The notes: a model not told the origin generated them from the sequence alone. Positions 32,792-45,337 are shown, counted from the first letter of the whole stretch. The stretch is 54,121 nucleotides of DNA, filler included, from Asterionella formosa (GCA_002256025.1; 4 parts of 4 records of this genome joined end to end with filler, not necessarily neighbours in it); one strand, 5' to 3'. Program-made: numbers and translations.

Positions 32792-33223
32792 CAATGCCAG
32801 GCCACTGGCAAATATTTGAATAGCTACATACATACATAAAGAATTTGGGCCACGTATACAATAATATTTGTTGCTTGCTGAGCATTTTCTACATCTCCCC
32901 ACTCTTTCTCTGCATTGTTGTATTGCAACTTGATTGCAAACCTCCTTGACTTGGTTATATTCATCTAAACCATCAGTCTGGATGTATAAGCCTCTGAATG
33001 ATGGAAAACAAGTTTGCATACATGAATGTGCCCAGACGTAAACTTAGGTTTTCAGAAAAATGTGCAATATTAAAATTTTTTATGTGATCCAGGGTACCCG
33101 GTATGTACTGGGATTGGAAGTAAAATCTTTTCATTGGATAACGAGTCATGCCTAGAGCAGTCATGGTACCAGGTACAAAGCTCTCAAGTAAATAGTGTTT
33201 GATGATATCATAATGCACTGCTT

Positions 33224-34501
33224 CTAAAACTTCATATCAGAAGGAAGATCAGTAACAAACATGTAGCCAGCAGAGTGAGTAATAGCGAAAGGAACCTTGC
33301 TATCAATAAGGACCGCCTGCGGAGTAACACCACAAGCATGAAAGACCGCGACTTCGTCATCCTTAATATCAATTGCATCACCCCAGTCAGGATTTTCCAT
33401 GTTGGTGATCCCGATTGCACCGGGGTTCCCGACACAAATAGGCCCGCCGTGAGCATGTGGAAATGCATTGGTGATTTCAACTTCCTTGGCGACTGAAATG
33501 GCTTTGATAGGCTTCATCGATACGACCATGTTTCCCTTGAGAGATCCCGCTGAGCGGCAAGGGATTGTTGTTCGATACATGGGTACATTCTTGCCTTCTT
33601 CCGCACTTCGGAGCGGAATCTTAGCCTTGAGCAAGGCCCCATCATACGAAAAAGAACATCCAATCAAAAAGGCAACCGAATTCTCGGGCCACACTTCGGT
33701 TACATCCGTAACCTCTTTCTCTAGCTTCCCATTTCTGTAAATGGCGTACTTGGGCACGTCAGTGCGGAGATCTGCACCCTTGGCAACTCCATTGGGATGT
33801 GGAGATCCAACGTCGCATACTTCAATGAGGGGACAGGACTTTGGATTGCGCTGACAAAAGAGCAAAAAATCAAATGCAAAAGGTCCTTGAGGTAATACAA
33901 CGAGATTGCATTGCAAGAAACCAGGACAAATCCCATTTGTTGGAGACACAAAGTCTCCGCTTCGGACGAGTTGACGGAACTCTTGCGAAGGAAGATGCGA
34001 TGCAATTTGAGGCGCTCCGTGCCATGAGAGTTTTGCTTCTTGTTCTTTTTGCGGCTGGTAAGATGGTGAGCATAATGAATCGTTATCTTGGGGTTGAAAA
34101 CTCAATTCCGAATCTCCAATAATATCACACTCTTTATTTCGGTTTGCTGCAACACAAGGTTCTCGTTTCGCGTCAACATTGAGATGAGTAGCTAACGCTG
34201 ATTGGAGTTCCAGCAACTCGGTGCTAGTAAATGTGTTTGCTGGTGATCCTTCTTGAGGTTGGCAAGCAGGCAGGGCCGCACGTAGAACCTCCATGCGAGC
34301 GTCGTTCGAGTCGCTTTTGCTCATTTCCCGAGGACTCTCGTTTGATGTTGTCAACTTCGACAGTCGTGTTCGTGAAGGTCTCAATGGATGGTTGTGCGAC
34401 AGAGTTTGTTTCTGTTGTTGAGCGGAAGAGAGTGGAAGCCCTAAGTGGAACGAATGGATGGAAGCAATCAATAAACTGACAATGGCTAGTGAAAAATGCA
34501 T
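33224..34501 (-). CDS. DUF1445 / D-glutamate cyclase-like putative hydro-lyase with bipartite presequence
   Basis: GFLQCNLVVLP, FLLFCQRNPKSCPL, ADLRTDVPKY, FLIGCSFS, NVPMYRT, AHGGPI, ACGVTPQ and ITHSAGYMFVTD. Signal peptide ending IHS|F. Confidence 0.88.
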   Translation of the reverse strand: MHFSLAIVSLLIASIHSFHLGLPLSSAQQQKQTLSHNHPLRPSRTRLSKLTTSNESPREMSKSDSNDARMEVLRAALPACQPQEGSPANTFTSTELLELQSALATHLNVDAKREPCVAANRNKECDIIGDSELSFQPQDNDSLCSPSYQPQKEQEAKLSWHGAPQIASHLPSQEFRQLVRSGDFVSPTNGICPGFLQCNLVVLPQGPFAFDFLLFCQRNPKSCPLIEVCDVGSPHPNGVAKGADLRTDVPKYAIYRNGKLEKEVTDVTEVWPENSVAFLIGCSFSYDGALLKAKIPLRSAEEGKNVPMYRTTIPCRSAGSLKGNMVVSMKPIKAISVAKEVEITNAFPHAHGGPICVGNPGAIGITNMENPDWGDAIDIKDDEVAVFHACGVTPQAVLIDSKVPFAITHSAGYMFVTDLPSDMKF

Positions 34502-35200
34502 CAATTGTATGTAAGATGCAGCAATTTATACCACTGGTTGGAGAAACTGAAAAAAGTGTGATTCAACTCCAACTATTTTCGACGAACTATTTTCTCTAAT
34601 GGTACCGTGAAGAAATATTCTGTCTTTGAAATCAAAAAGTGAGACCTCTCAGAGTTGACGCCCGTGGCCAACTGTACCAGCCACTTTGCTTTGCTTGTTA
34701 CGTCCTCGTGCCGTCAAGCACTGTACCTGCTACCGGGTATACTACATACCGGGAATGGGGACTACAAACGGCACTCTCTGATTTTTCAGACACACAGCAA
34801 ATCAAGCGAAAGGAGCAACATTTCAATACCAGTGCAATAGCTGCAACAAAAAGCGTGTGCATGACATGAATCATACTGAGGATAGCATCGTTTCGTACGT
34901 AATTACCGGTACCAACTTTTGGTACGACAGTACAAAAGCCATCGTACATACGTACATTTACGCAGCTCGATATATTGGACATGCATACAACTACTTGTTC
35001 TACTCAGAATTCGACGATACGCAGGCACTCTATATTCTTTTCCAAGGAAATTTCATGTTTGGTCTTAACTGGATAGGACAGCACCACCAGTACCAGTACC
35101 TGGTACCAGGTACCAGGTTCTCAGGAATATCAGGCACCCACCCAATACATACCGGAACTGTAAAATACCTTATCTTTTGCCAAGTACCAGAACCAGGTAC

Positions 35201-35294
35201 CAGCAAGTTGCGGTCATTTTGCTTAAACTAACATTTTAATCTTGGACAAAGATAACTAAATCTTTAATTTCAGCAAAATTACCGCAACTTGCAG
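35201..35294 (+). mobile_element. ~94-bp MITE, copy 3
   Basis: Close match to 12493-12586 on a different scaffold, with TIRs intact. Confidence 0.75.
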
Positions 35295-35724
35295 GTATTC
35301 CAGGGTGCCAGTCACCAGGAGTGACTCGTTCGACCTATTTCACTGCGAATCAGCCAACATGAATGACAGCAACACAACAAATCTTAGGGAGAACGTTGAT
35401 AATCCCGAGCGACGGTCTCTAATATTTGAGAGTGCTGGTGATCGACAGGAAGATTTTCGCCACCAGTATCAATAGCGAACAGAGAAGTATCGCGAGACTT
35501 GTACCACAGTCTGGTCTGGCGTATTACTGCACCTCAAACAATATACAAAGCTCAATTGTGTAGAGCATCGGAGCGTTTGTAGGCTTGGCCGGCAGGTACT
35601 AGACAATCAACACGTGGTAATTCGAATCGCATTCAGGGAATACCTACTTGACAAGAATCGTCATTATTAAAATCAAGGATCAAGGCAACCTCCCGTGACA
35701 AAGCACAAAACATCAGGCATTACT

Positions 35725-36327
35725 ATGGTTAGCGATAACACAAAGATTGGAACGGGTTTGCTCTTTCTGGTAAGTTGAACGACGATGTGATGATGCAAAT
35801 CCCTCACAACGGCCATTATGAGTCATTCAGCCGCGAGGCACTCATTATTTTCTATTCTTCTTTCCAGGGGGTTGTCTTTCTCATCCTAGGAGTCCTTTTT
35901 TTCTTCGATTCAGCTTTGTTGGCCCTTGGAGATCTGTTATTTCTGACTGGATTGACTCTTACAATCGGTACGTTCAATTTTCAGAAATTCAGATATCCAA
36001 TGTCCTTGCCATATATTTTTATGTTTGTATATCTAACTCTATATTATTTTAGGATTCTCCCGCACCGTCCGATTCTTTTCGCGACGTGATCGATTGAGAG
36101 GGATCATTTCTTTCTTTTTGGGTATTGTCTTGGTCATGTTGAGATGGCCCATTTTTGGAATGACTTGCCAGCTCTATGGATTGATTTACCTTTTTGGTCA
36201 ATTCTTCCCAATAGCAGCGGAGTCAATGAAGGATATCCCGGTCATTGGAAAGATCTTTACAACGCCAGCCGTCGAACAATTCTTTAATTCATTTGGAGGC
36301 AGTGGAAATCGACGAGCGCCTGTGTAG
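35725..36327 (+). CDS. GOT1: Got1-family vesicle transport protein; exons 35725-35769, 35868-35967 and 36053-36327
   Basis: Spliced product [57 protein letters not shown]...LRG...WPIFG...LFGQFFP, with two canonical GT-AG introns. Confidence 0.92.
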
Positions 36328-36578
36328 AACTGCACGAATGACATGCAAGCATCATGATTTTTTTCATATTGTTTGGAATTATGTGTGCGTGAGTGATGAC
36401 GATGAAAATCAGACTCAAATGTATCAATTTCTTTATGTAAAGATGCAAAAGGAACTATGGAGAATTAAGAGGGAGAGTCCCACATTTCCCAATGAATGTC
36501 ATTACTACACGTTTATCACATTGCATCGTCATTAACATATGGCACAACTAAGTGAATTATTTTTACACCACTCCAATT

Positions 36579-36878
36579 CTATTTCTGATTTGCCGTTATT
36601 CCTTGAAGCTTGATGCAGATTTCTTTCAGCTCATCCTCAATTTTTGTTAATTGAATTTGAATTAATTCAATAGATTGATCTTTCCCAAAATTAAAAAACG
36701 ACGCATTAGTGGAAGCAACCCAGCCTCCGTCATTTGCAGAAACGTCGTCCAGAGCTATTTTGAGATCACGTCGTTGTTTCGCCAGGACATCCAATCGTTC
36801 TCGATCTGCTTCTATTTCGACAATTATCTTTTGTTGAGCAATTGCAATTGCCATTGCGGTAGGGGCAGGAGTATCCAT
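36579..36878 (-). CDS. Small prefoldin-like coiled-coil protein (PDRG1-like)
   Basis: 99 aa in a helix / beta-hairpin (WVASTNASFFNF) / helix arrangement typical of beta-prefoldins; convergent with GOT1. Confidence 0.5.
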   Translation of the reverse strand: MDTPAPTAMAIAIAQQKIIVEIEADRERLDVLAKQRRDLKIALDDVSANDGGWVASTNASFFNFGKDQSIELIQIQLTKIEDELKEICIKLQGITANQK

Positions 36879-37276
36879 TTCAATTTCTTCGCAGACAGCT
36901 GGCTAGATGTCTTTAACTTTACTTATAGGAAAAAGAATTAGCTTAGCGATGGCTTATATCAGCCAGTTAAGAACTTATTCCTTGCGTGGCTCTGCCTGCT
37001 ACTCCAGTAGTGGTACCAGGTACCAGCACAATAAAAATATAACTTTTGGGTTATGCAAATGTTAATGAAGGTACATACCACGATTATTATGTGCAGTTTC
37101 ATAGTGTTTGTTTCAAACAAGGCAGAGTTACAAGTAATCTATCGTCGAACTCCGAAGTACCGGGTGCATGATAATGGTACTGGTACCAGTAAAAAACTGC
37201 CATGACCCATTGAGAATATTTTTGAACTGCCGTGACCCATTGAACGCAGAATAACACGTTTTGCACTCGAAACTTA

Positions 37277-38845
37277 GGGTCGTTCTTATCATTGCGAATT
37301 TGCTGTATCATTTCCGGGGTGCGGGCAAAAAGTGACGGTTGGTATCAAAACACGGTATCAGCAACGGTAACTTGATGGTATCAATTTTGTATCATTGATA
37401 CAAAATTGATACCTTTTTTTGCCCCCTCCTAAAACGGTATCAGTGATACTGACGTTTTCACGCGGGTATCATTTCCATTGTCACTACCGGTAATAAAATA
37501 ACCAAAAATACGCCTGCAGGGCAGTACTTTTCCTTACATCTACATGAAATATACAAAAATTATTATGGTGTGGATCAAAGAAGAACCATACAATCATTAT
37601 AGCGGCCGTGTGTGGCAATGTTCAGCCACAACACCAAAGAACGACAACCACAGAGTCAAGAATTGAAAAGATTGAGTCTTGTGCATAGAGACATACCCGG
37701 TATCTAATTACAGGTACCAGTACGTGGTACTGATATTCGGGAATTCATAACAAAGTACTAGGCAATAGAATACGAAAATGATCACGTGACTACGACATAT
37801 ACTAGCTGTGCAAATATTTACTAAGTTGAAACACATAGAGATTCCTGATTCCTGATCAGGTTATGAGTGTCAATATATTTTCGCCTCTAGTGACCTGATT
37901 AGGAACATGTACCACAATCCACTAGATGATTGATTCAAGATTACATGGTTAAATATCGCGTGTAAAATGCCACAGTTGAGAGAGGAACTTTCAGGAGAAG
38001 TTCTCTCTAACCTGTTAAATGGACTCCAGAAGACGATCAGACCTAGAAGCCAAATCAATAAATGATTGACTAGACAATTATAGATATGTCCGCAACATCA
38101 AGGAACATTAAAGAAGCAAACTAGATATGATCGAGTTTTGATTAACAGGATCATTCTGTAAGCAGTCTTCGATCAAACAGCATCTGGCCTAAGTTGAGAC
38201 AGGCCAAGATTAAGACAAATGTGTATTTAGGAAGAGGATGTAGTTTATTCTCAGTTCAAGTTGGGAACACAAATGAACCTCGCCTCCGAAGATCACCTCT
38301 ATTTTGAAACATGCATGAGCTTGGAAGTTTCAAAATCATACATTCAAATTTACATTTACATTAAGCTCACTCTTTTATAAAAACAATTATTAGCAAACAA
38401 AGTAAAACAAACAAATTGTGTAGAAACATTTTTCTAGCAAATTTTACTGCGTGAGAGCTACAGATACGTAGCATCTACCAACTTACTACCGGTACATTCT
38501 ACTATCACTCGTCCAGCACGTTCTAGGCAATAGAATACGAAAATGATACAACAAATACCTGTGCAAATACCATTGACTATAGTAGTCCATACACATAATT
38601 CGCGTAGATTTCTTGCATGGTTTGAGGACTGGTTTGGTACCATTATGTACAGGTAGTCTAGTCTGGAAGGAAAAGCACATGTTTGTAGCCAGCCCGTAAC
38701 TGTTGAATTTTCGTGATACTTTTTGATGATACAATTTTATTTTTATTTTTGTGGAGAATGGATTTTTTCGTTTTAAATCGAGTAGCCATTGCATGATACT
38801 TTTTCAAAAGATATGATACCAAATCGAAAATGATAAGAACGACCC
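37277..38845. mobile_element. Non-autonomous PIF/Harbinger-like element (1569 bp)
   Basis: Perfect 17-bp TIR GGGTCGTTCTTATCATT, extending imperfectly. TTA on both flanks (37274-37276 and 38846-38848). Many subterminal GGTATCA/TGATAC motifs. Confidence 0.8.
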
Positions 38846-38849
38846 TTAA

Positions 38850-40101
38850 GGTTGCTGCATTTGAACCCCTAGGCAAAAATTAAAATATTGCTTAGGGTTG
38901 CGAAAATTCCCTGGAATTAAGAATTTAATTAGCTATTCTTGAATGACGTGATTCCATTTGAAATAATTAAATAAGTGGAAATTCGCGCGTACGTACATAG
39001 ATTCCTTTTCGAATTCGCTAAATATATATGTAAACATTCTCCATCACTGAATGTATATATACATATAATACGATCAACATATGTGTGTCAGAGAATCAAG
39101 CTGGCAGCATGGCAAATATCGCTGATGACTATACTGGTAAGAAAAAAAAGCAACAATCAACCATGAGCGAAATTACACATCATCATCACAACAATTCATG
39201 CTGCACGATTTGAAGCTGTCAAACAAGAAAGGTACGACAATAAAACTGGAAAGACTTACAGCTCTGGGGTGGCTTTATTAGAAGACCAAGATCAGGAGGC
39301 CACAACAAAGAATGCAAATGCGCAATGCAAACATTGCGGCCGGAATGATCATCAGAGAAAAAGCAGCACACTCTGTCCATTCTTTCAAGGCAAAGCGAAT
39401 CATAGTACCGGTACTGGTATTACATGTGCATCCAGTGTGGCCGGCGTAAGTTTGCAACGCCCTGCAGATCAGGCAAATCAAATGGACGTAAGTAATTCAT
39501 GTTGACCAATCATATTGTATATGTGGAAGCGGGCACTTACAATGGAATTTGTTGGACAGGAGATTTTAGTACTAAAAATTCCGGCACACGACTACTATTC
39601 CGATGATGACGTTTTGGCTCATAGTAATTCTGATTCCGATATTTTGGCGACCGTAGAAAAGGCCGATTTTGTCGAGTTTTTGGACGACGATAGCTCAACG
39701 TTGGCTGGGTCTGAAGACGATTTAGATACATAGGTAACCTTCAAATAGCATCAGTATATAACTTCTGGCGAGAAACTGCAGAAAGGAACTTCGGTTTTTT
39801 TACTATGCCAAATAAACAGATTTCCCCCGAAATTTCGAGTCTTTTTAGCCTAGTTAAAAAACCGAAGTTCCTTTCTGCAGTTTCTGACCAGATCCTATAT
39901 ACTGACGATATATAGAGTGAACCTACACCCCTACTTTGTCCGAAGACTGTATTTAAGCATATGGAAAGGGTGTGTATTGGTGAAAGCTCCGTTGAGCGTT
40001 ATACATATTTAAATTGTATGTGAAAAGTACGTGTTTGATTAGTCTGACTGAATATTATTTTTTTAACCCTACCTCGAGCTAGGGGTTCAAATGCAGCAAC
40101 C
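38850..40101 (+). mobile_element. TTAA-flanked TIR element (1252 bp), Kolobok-like, carrying a spliced C-terminal transposase remnant (about 39190-39733)
   Basis: Perfect 23-bp TIR GGTTGCTGCATTTGAACCCCTAG with TTAA on both sides. RR...YY ends rather than the piggyBac CCC. Remnant KTGKTYSSG, zinc knuckle CKHCGRNDH...C, an intron (GTAAG at about 39488) and an acidic tail. Confidence 0.75.
39731..39925. repeat. Long inverted repeat (~74-bp arms, ~46-bp spacer)
   Basis: AGAAACTGCAGAAAGGAACTTCGGTTTTTT pairs perfectly with AAAAAACCGAAGTTCCTTTCTGCAGTTTCT, and the arms extend imperfectly to TAGGT/ACCTA. Confidence 0.85.
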
Positions 40102-40352
40102 TTAAATACCGGTAAATGTAAATTTTGAGAGTTCTGGCTCCTTCCCGAGCATACGGTATAGGCTACCGGTAGTCAGCTATGTAATTAGTTTGAGATTTGC
40201 GTCACGCACATCCCCCTGTTGATTGTCTTTTGCGATTGAATAACGGTTGATTCTGGCAAAATAAGTTCTGAGGCCAGCTTGCAATAACATTGTGTGCTTG
40301 TGGAAGCAAAGAATTTTTTATAGCAGGAATTATCTCATCACATTTATATTTT

Positions 40353-40510
40353 TTTAGATGGCCAGACCTGTACTTGTATTGATGCTAGGCAAATCGGTCA
40401 CTATCCTCTAAAAGGTTGTAGGAGGCATACTTTTTATGATGGCCAGACCTGTACTATTTGCAGGAAAGCTAGGCAAATTTGTCACTTTCCTCTAACTGAT
40501 AGGAGGTAAG
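40353..40510 (+). repeat. Two ~82-bp direct repeats
   Basis: GATGGCCAGACCTGTACT...GCTAGGCAAAT..GTCACT.TCCTCTAA...TAGGAGG occurs twice; translation resembles a decayed CxxC..H knuckle. Confidence 0.65.
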
Positions 40511-40572
40511 TGTGTGATTCCATATGTGTGGCTGGTATAGTACTCTCATTATCATCTAACCTAGTATGTGAC

Positions 40573-40672
40573 NNNNNNNNNNNNNNNNNNNNNNNNNNNN
40601 NNNNNNNNNNNNNNNNTTAATTAATTAANNNNNNNNNNNNNNNNNNNNNNNNNNNNNNNNNNNNNNNNNNNN
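40573..40672. other. Artificial scaffold linker
   Basis: N44-TTAATTAATTAA-N44. Confidence 0.98.
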
Positions 40673-43092
40673 GTGGGTTTGCTGTTGATTCGCTTTTACA
40701 TAGATGTGATGTAGGAGTAGAATTTTCGTTTTAGAGACCTCTCCGGTCGTATTGAGACGCTGCTGGCTGGCACCGGTACCCCCCGGTACGGTACCAGGTA
40801 CCTGGTTCCTGGTACCAGGTATCCTACTAGGGTACTGTTTCATAGGAACTGGCTCCTGTGTTCTACCATGCTGGTATGTACCGGGGGAGTTGCTTGCGGT
40901 AAAAGAAGGTTCTTGCTATGATGATGGATGAGGACCGCAACTTCGTTGGTATCTGGTACCTGGTTCCCTTACTCAGGACAGAAATCCGGCCAAAGTTGAA
41001 ACCCATTCGACCACTAAAGAATCCTGATTCCAGATCAGGTGATGAGTGCATCAACTTTTCCTCTATAAAAAGGGAATAGCAGCATTCTGGCTAGAAACAC
41101 CTACAACAAACAATTTGCTGGTTAATTTAAACAAACACAGTTAAGACCATATAATGAATGCAAAAAATTGAGGAGGGATGTGCCAAAACTGTCATTATCA
41201 TATCTGCCTCCTCAGCACTAGAGTGAATAGCATTACCAATACGAAGTTGTATATGGAACTAGATATACCAAAATTACTGCAACTGTGTCAAGGTTCTTTA
41301 TCCCAGAAATCTTCTCATTGTTTACATGCATGACATATTTACTAAATAGTGCAAACGATATATGATATATATAACAGGCATGTTCTATCAAAAGTAGAGA
41401 AATTATTGGAACAGTCAATAAAAGTATCAACAACAATTCTTGTTGTTGTTATATTTGTTTTGTGTGAAAGTATAACCTATCTCAAAATGATTTCTTTCTA
41501 TATTAAATCTCACCACTCAGCAATTTCAGGCTGGCTAGGACAATGGCGTGAAAACGAAGAACATTCTGGCAACATAGTAAGAAAATATATAATAAGAAGG
41601 GCAACTGTAGCTAGGAGGAAGAGGCCTGCTTGTCGAACGAGATTCGTTTTCCTTGTTGGCTCACCAGAGCATGCAGTTATGTCTCAAGACTGTAACTACA
41701 GAAAGGGAAGATAACAGAGAAGAAGAAAAAGACTGAGAAGAGCGGAGAACATTAGAGAGTAGTAGCTACTAGGAACCCCCCATGTCGTCGAAAAGGCATT
41801 TTTCGGAAAGCAAGCAAGTGGAGTACTTATTAGCTAGTAGTCAATGACAACCGTGTCTCTTCGACTCCAATATTGGCGTTGCTCTTGGTGTTGATGTTGA
41901 TTAGTGGCTGCCAATATTTTTTTGGAATATCTAATTTTATTATAATGAAGCAACAATCAAATCTACAAATCATTGAGTAGCTAAGTGGGAAATGTCAGGA
42001 CCTGCAAATAATTTTGGTGGCACCCATCTTCAATTTATTTGTCCTGGTCAACCAATGTGCAGTTACTCTGTTGCTGTGTACTTATTGGTGCATATGTTTC
42101 CGAAACACCCCAAAAGAAAATTCTTGATTCTCTTCTCTGTTTCGTGATGTCATTCTCACTGCGTGCACCAGGTAATACTTACTTTACGTTGGTATTCACG
42201 ACTAGCTAATAAAATAATAACATTCAGAACCTGGAGCATTCTATAGAAAGCCGAGCTATATATGACCGGTTTTTAAATTCAAATTTTTTACATTTCTTCT
42301 TTCTATGCCATGATGGGTGGTGGTTAGCTATATTGGCTTCTACATCATGCTTCCATACTAAACAATGGTCACTAGGTATTGTTCCACAAACGAGCTTCCA
42401 GACTCTTCTTCCATATTACGTTTTCGACATGGAACACATCATACATACAACAAACCTTGTATATACTTTGTACATTTCTTATACAGAGCAGCGTTACATA
42501 TTATAAATGCTTGGTATACTACATACTACTGGGTACTACCAGTACTGCCTTGCATGTGTGTTTGTACAGCTGCCTGTGGTATGGGGTCGATGAGGAGACA
42601 GCAACTCCATCTTGACCATGACGAAATTATGGATTTGAATATCTTCACAAATATTGACGATGAAGGATTTCTATTTCGCAAGTGTATGTAGACTAGCATA
42701 GACGAGATTATCGTTCAATAATAATAATTTTTGCACGAGTATTGACAACAAAAAGTTGAAATCGGCGCTGAAAGTTGTTTTTGGTCGTCATTCGCTCAGT
42801 TTTGAAGATATGACCAAAAACGAGACAGTTTTGATTCCGCGGTGATTAGCTTGATAACTTTGATTAGGTAAGGTTTTCTATGTTTTGTAGAAATAGATGA
42901 GAAAACTTGAGCGACAGTATTCTCGGAGAGGGTGCAACATTTCAAGATGCAAGAAATTTTGTAGTGATTTTCATCTTCACACTAATTGTCGTGGTCCATA
43001 TTTCTATGGATCTATGTTTACATGGTATGTAATGTAATAGTTTATCATGTACACAATTACTGCTATATACCGGTAGTAGAGTACACGATAAT

Positions 43093-45337
43093 CATGAGTG
43101 CCTCCCAAACCCCCAAGAACCTGTTGTCTGATCGGAACGAAGATGAAGACCTTTCTCTGGACACGAGTGATCTATCTTCCGTATTGAAGGGTAATTACGC
43201 TGGTGAAATTGTCCAGTTTGTATGCTACACAAAGGCCAAAGTGTTGGTCAATGTGTATGACAGGGTCTCCAATAGTATATCAGTTCTCGACCATGCCCGG
43301 AAGCTTTGTTGGCTTTCTGAAATCATGAAAATCGTTCCTTGGGACAATACTTCTCCTTTACCTGAATAATTTGAATCCGTTTGCAGGATGAGGTCTGGAT
43401 TAAGATCAAGATTGATCAGATTACCACACAGTTTCTTGATGCTTGTGGTCTAAATCACGAATCGCCCATTCTTCTCGATTATTTTCATGATCGTCTGTAT
43501 GCCGCACAACTTGAGTGTACAGAAGTAAGCAATCGCGCATTAGCCGCAACGCTTGCTTCAGACGAGCAGAATAGACATAACAATTATTAGTACTACTACT
43601 ATGGAATTGAATACCTCTTTGTTTGTAGTCAATAAATAATATTATCAAAATATTATACTATATTGGTAGGCTATGTATTTTCAATGCATTCTACTCACCC
43701 CGATAAAGAATATCTAATTCTAGTAGTCACACTCAGATAATTTAATTCCTTTTGTCCAGTTACTTATGTAGTCATATACCTATAATATTACTGGTACCTG
43801 GTACTGGGGTATACTGGGCGGTATGTGTGTTCCTTGTAACAACTGTTTATGGCCACATTAAAAGTTTTGCTATTGTTTTATGTCGCAATTGTGTAGAATG
43901 TAATTGCTTATTGATTCGTGTATACCAGTGTGGCCAGTGGTGCAGAATCGCCGGTAATAGTGATGTGGTATTCCATGTTGCTGCTCACCACCCACATACA
44001 ACGTTTTCATGCAACATTTTTTACCAAAAACCGACAATGGTTGTCTCGGAAAGCTTACTGCCACCTGACTTGGGAAAGATAAAGATATCTCGAGTGTTCC
44101 AGTCCCGCCCACTTCGTGAAAACGCCAATCGTTTTGTCATTAAGCGGAACCTTCTAGTGTTGCTAGATGAAAATAAGGAGAACTCGGACCATAAGTTACT
44201 TCGCTTTTTCCTACAAGGTCACCTCCGAGCCAACGAGAATGTGGCTTCGGATGTGGATAAAATACTTCCCATCATGTTGGAAAGAATGGAGAAAATCAGG
44301 TCATTATCAGTGATTAAAAAGGCGGAAAGAAGGTGGGATGGCATGTACTTGTCATAACGCCTCACAAATGTGAAGCGCTATGAAGTTCTTCAAAGACGAT
44401 TCCTGGCCCTCATTCAAATGTCGCCGCATTGATCGATGATCTCCGCTTCTTTCTTGAAAAATTGCTGAAGCCATGAAAGCTGTGTCTTATATCATGGAAG
44501 ATGATACAATGCTCCAGATTTCTGGTGTTCCACCTGAAAAGGTATTTGTGTTGAACTTGTCCTTTCTGCCAGACACCTTTTTTTCTACCAAAAACTGTCC
44601 TTTCCTGGACATCGGCCAACAACAGATTTGACCTCTTTCCATACAAAGAGGATCCATGCTGAATGCTACAGGCAGATGACAGGCGGGACAATGTCGTTGG
44701 TTGCCTCTGGCCCATTCACGGACAAAATGAAGATCTTGGACCCCACATCACATGACAGCCAATGTGAACCACTTTTGGAAAATGTTCTTGTCAATGGTCA
44801 TTCCCGGTTCTGTCATGCAGTCCCCATTTGAAGCAGGCAACGCAACCAATTTCAGGAAAGGTATGCCACATACCTGTACATTGTTGAACAAACACTAATG
44901 TCAATTTGTCAATGGTCCATCAAGAACAACATTTTGACAACCAGCATACAGAACTGGTAATCAATGATGTTGACATGTGCCTTCGTTGGGTATTGGATAT
45001 GTCCCTTGGTTCTGGTGGGTTCTCCATAAATGTCTGGGATGGAGAGTCATTTGACTGTAACTTTGACTTAGATAGAAAAGGTAAAGCAGACGAGAATCAA
45101 CATGCGATGTTACTTTGCATTCCTTTCAAGTACATATTTTTAATGCAGGGTGATACAGTTCATGCAGGTGCTATGAACAATCACCTCACCAATGGAGCTT
45201 TGAGACTTCATTCCTATGTCTGTACTTGTTGCCTGGCGGTTCCACTCCCGAGAAAAACTCAGTTAAAATCAGGAAACAAGCTGGGAATGCCATTAACACA
45301 AAGGCATATGGAACGAATCGTATCCCTCTATCTCTAG
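43093..45337 (+). pseudogene. Fragmented gene ending in a 2OG-Fe(II) oxygenase/cupin-like domain
   Basis: A chain of short same-strand ORFs broken by stops and frameshifts. The last has QHFD (HxD), GDTVHAG and LRLH in the order expected for the DSBH fold. Confidence 0.4.
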
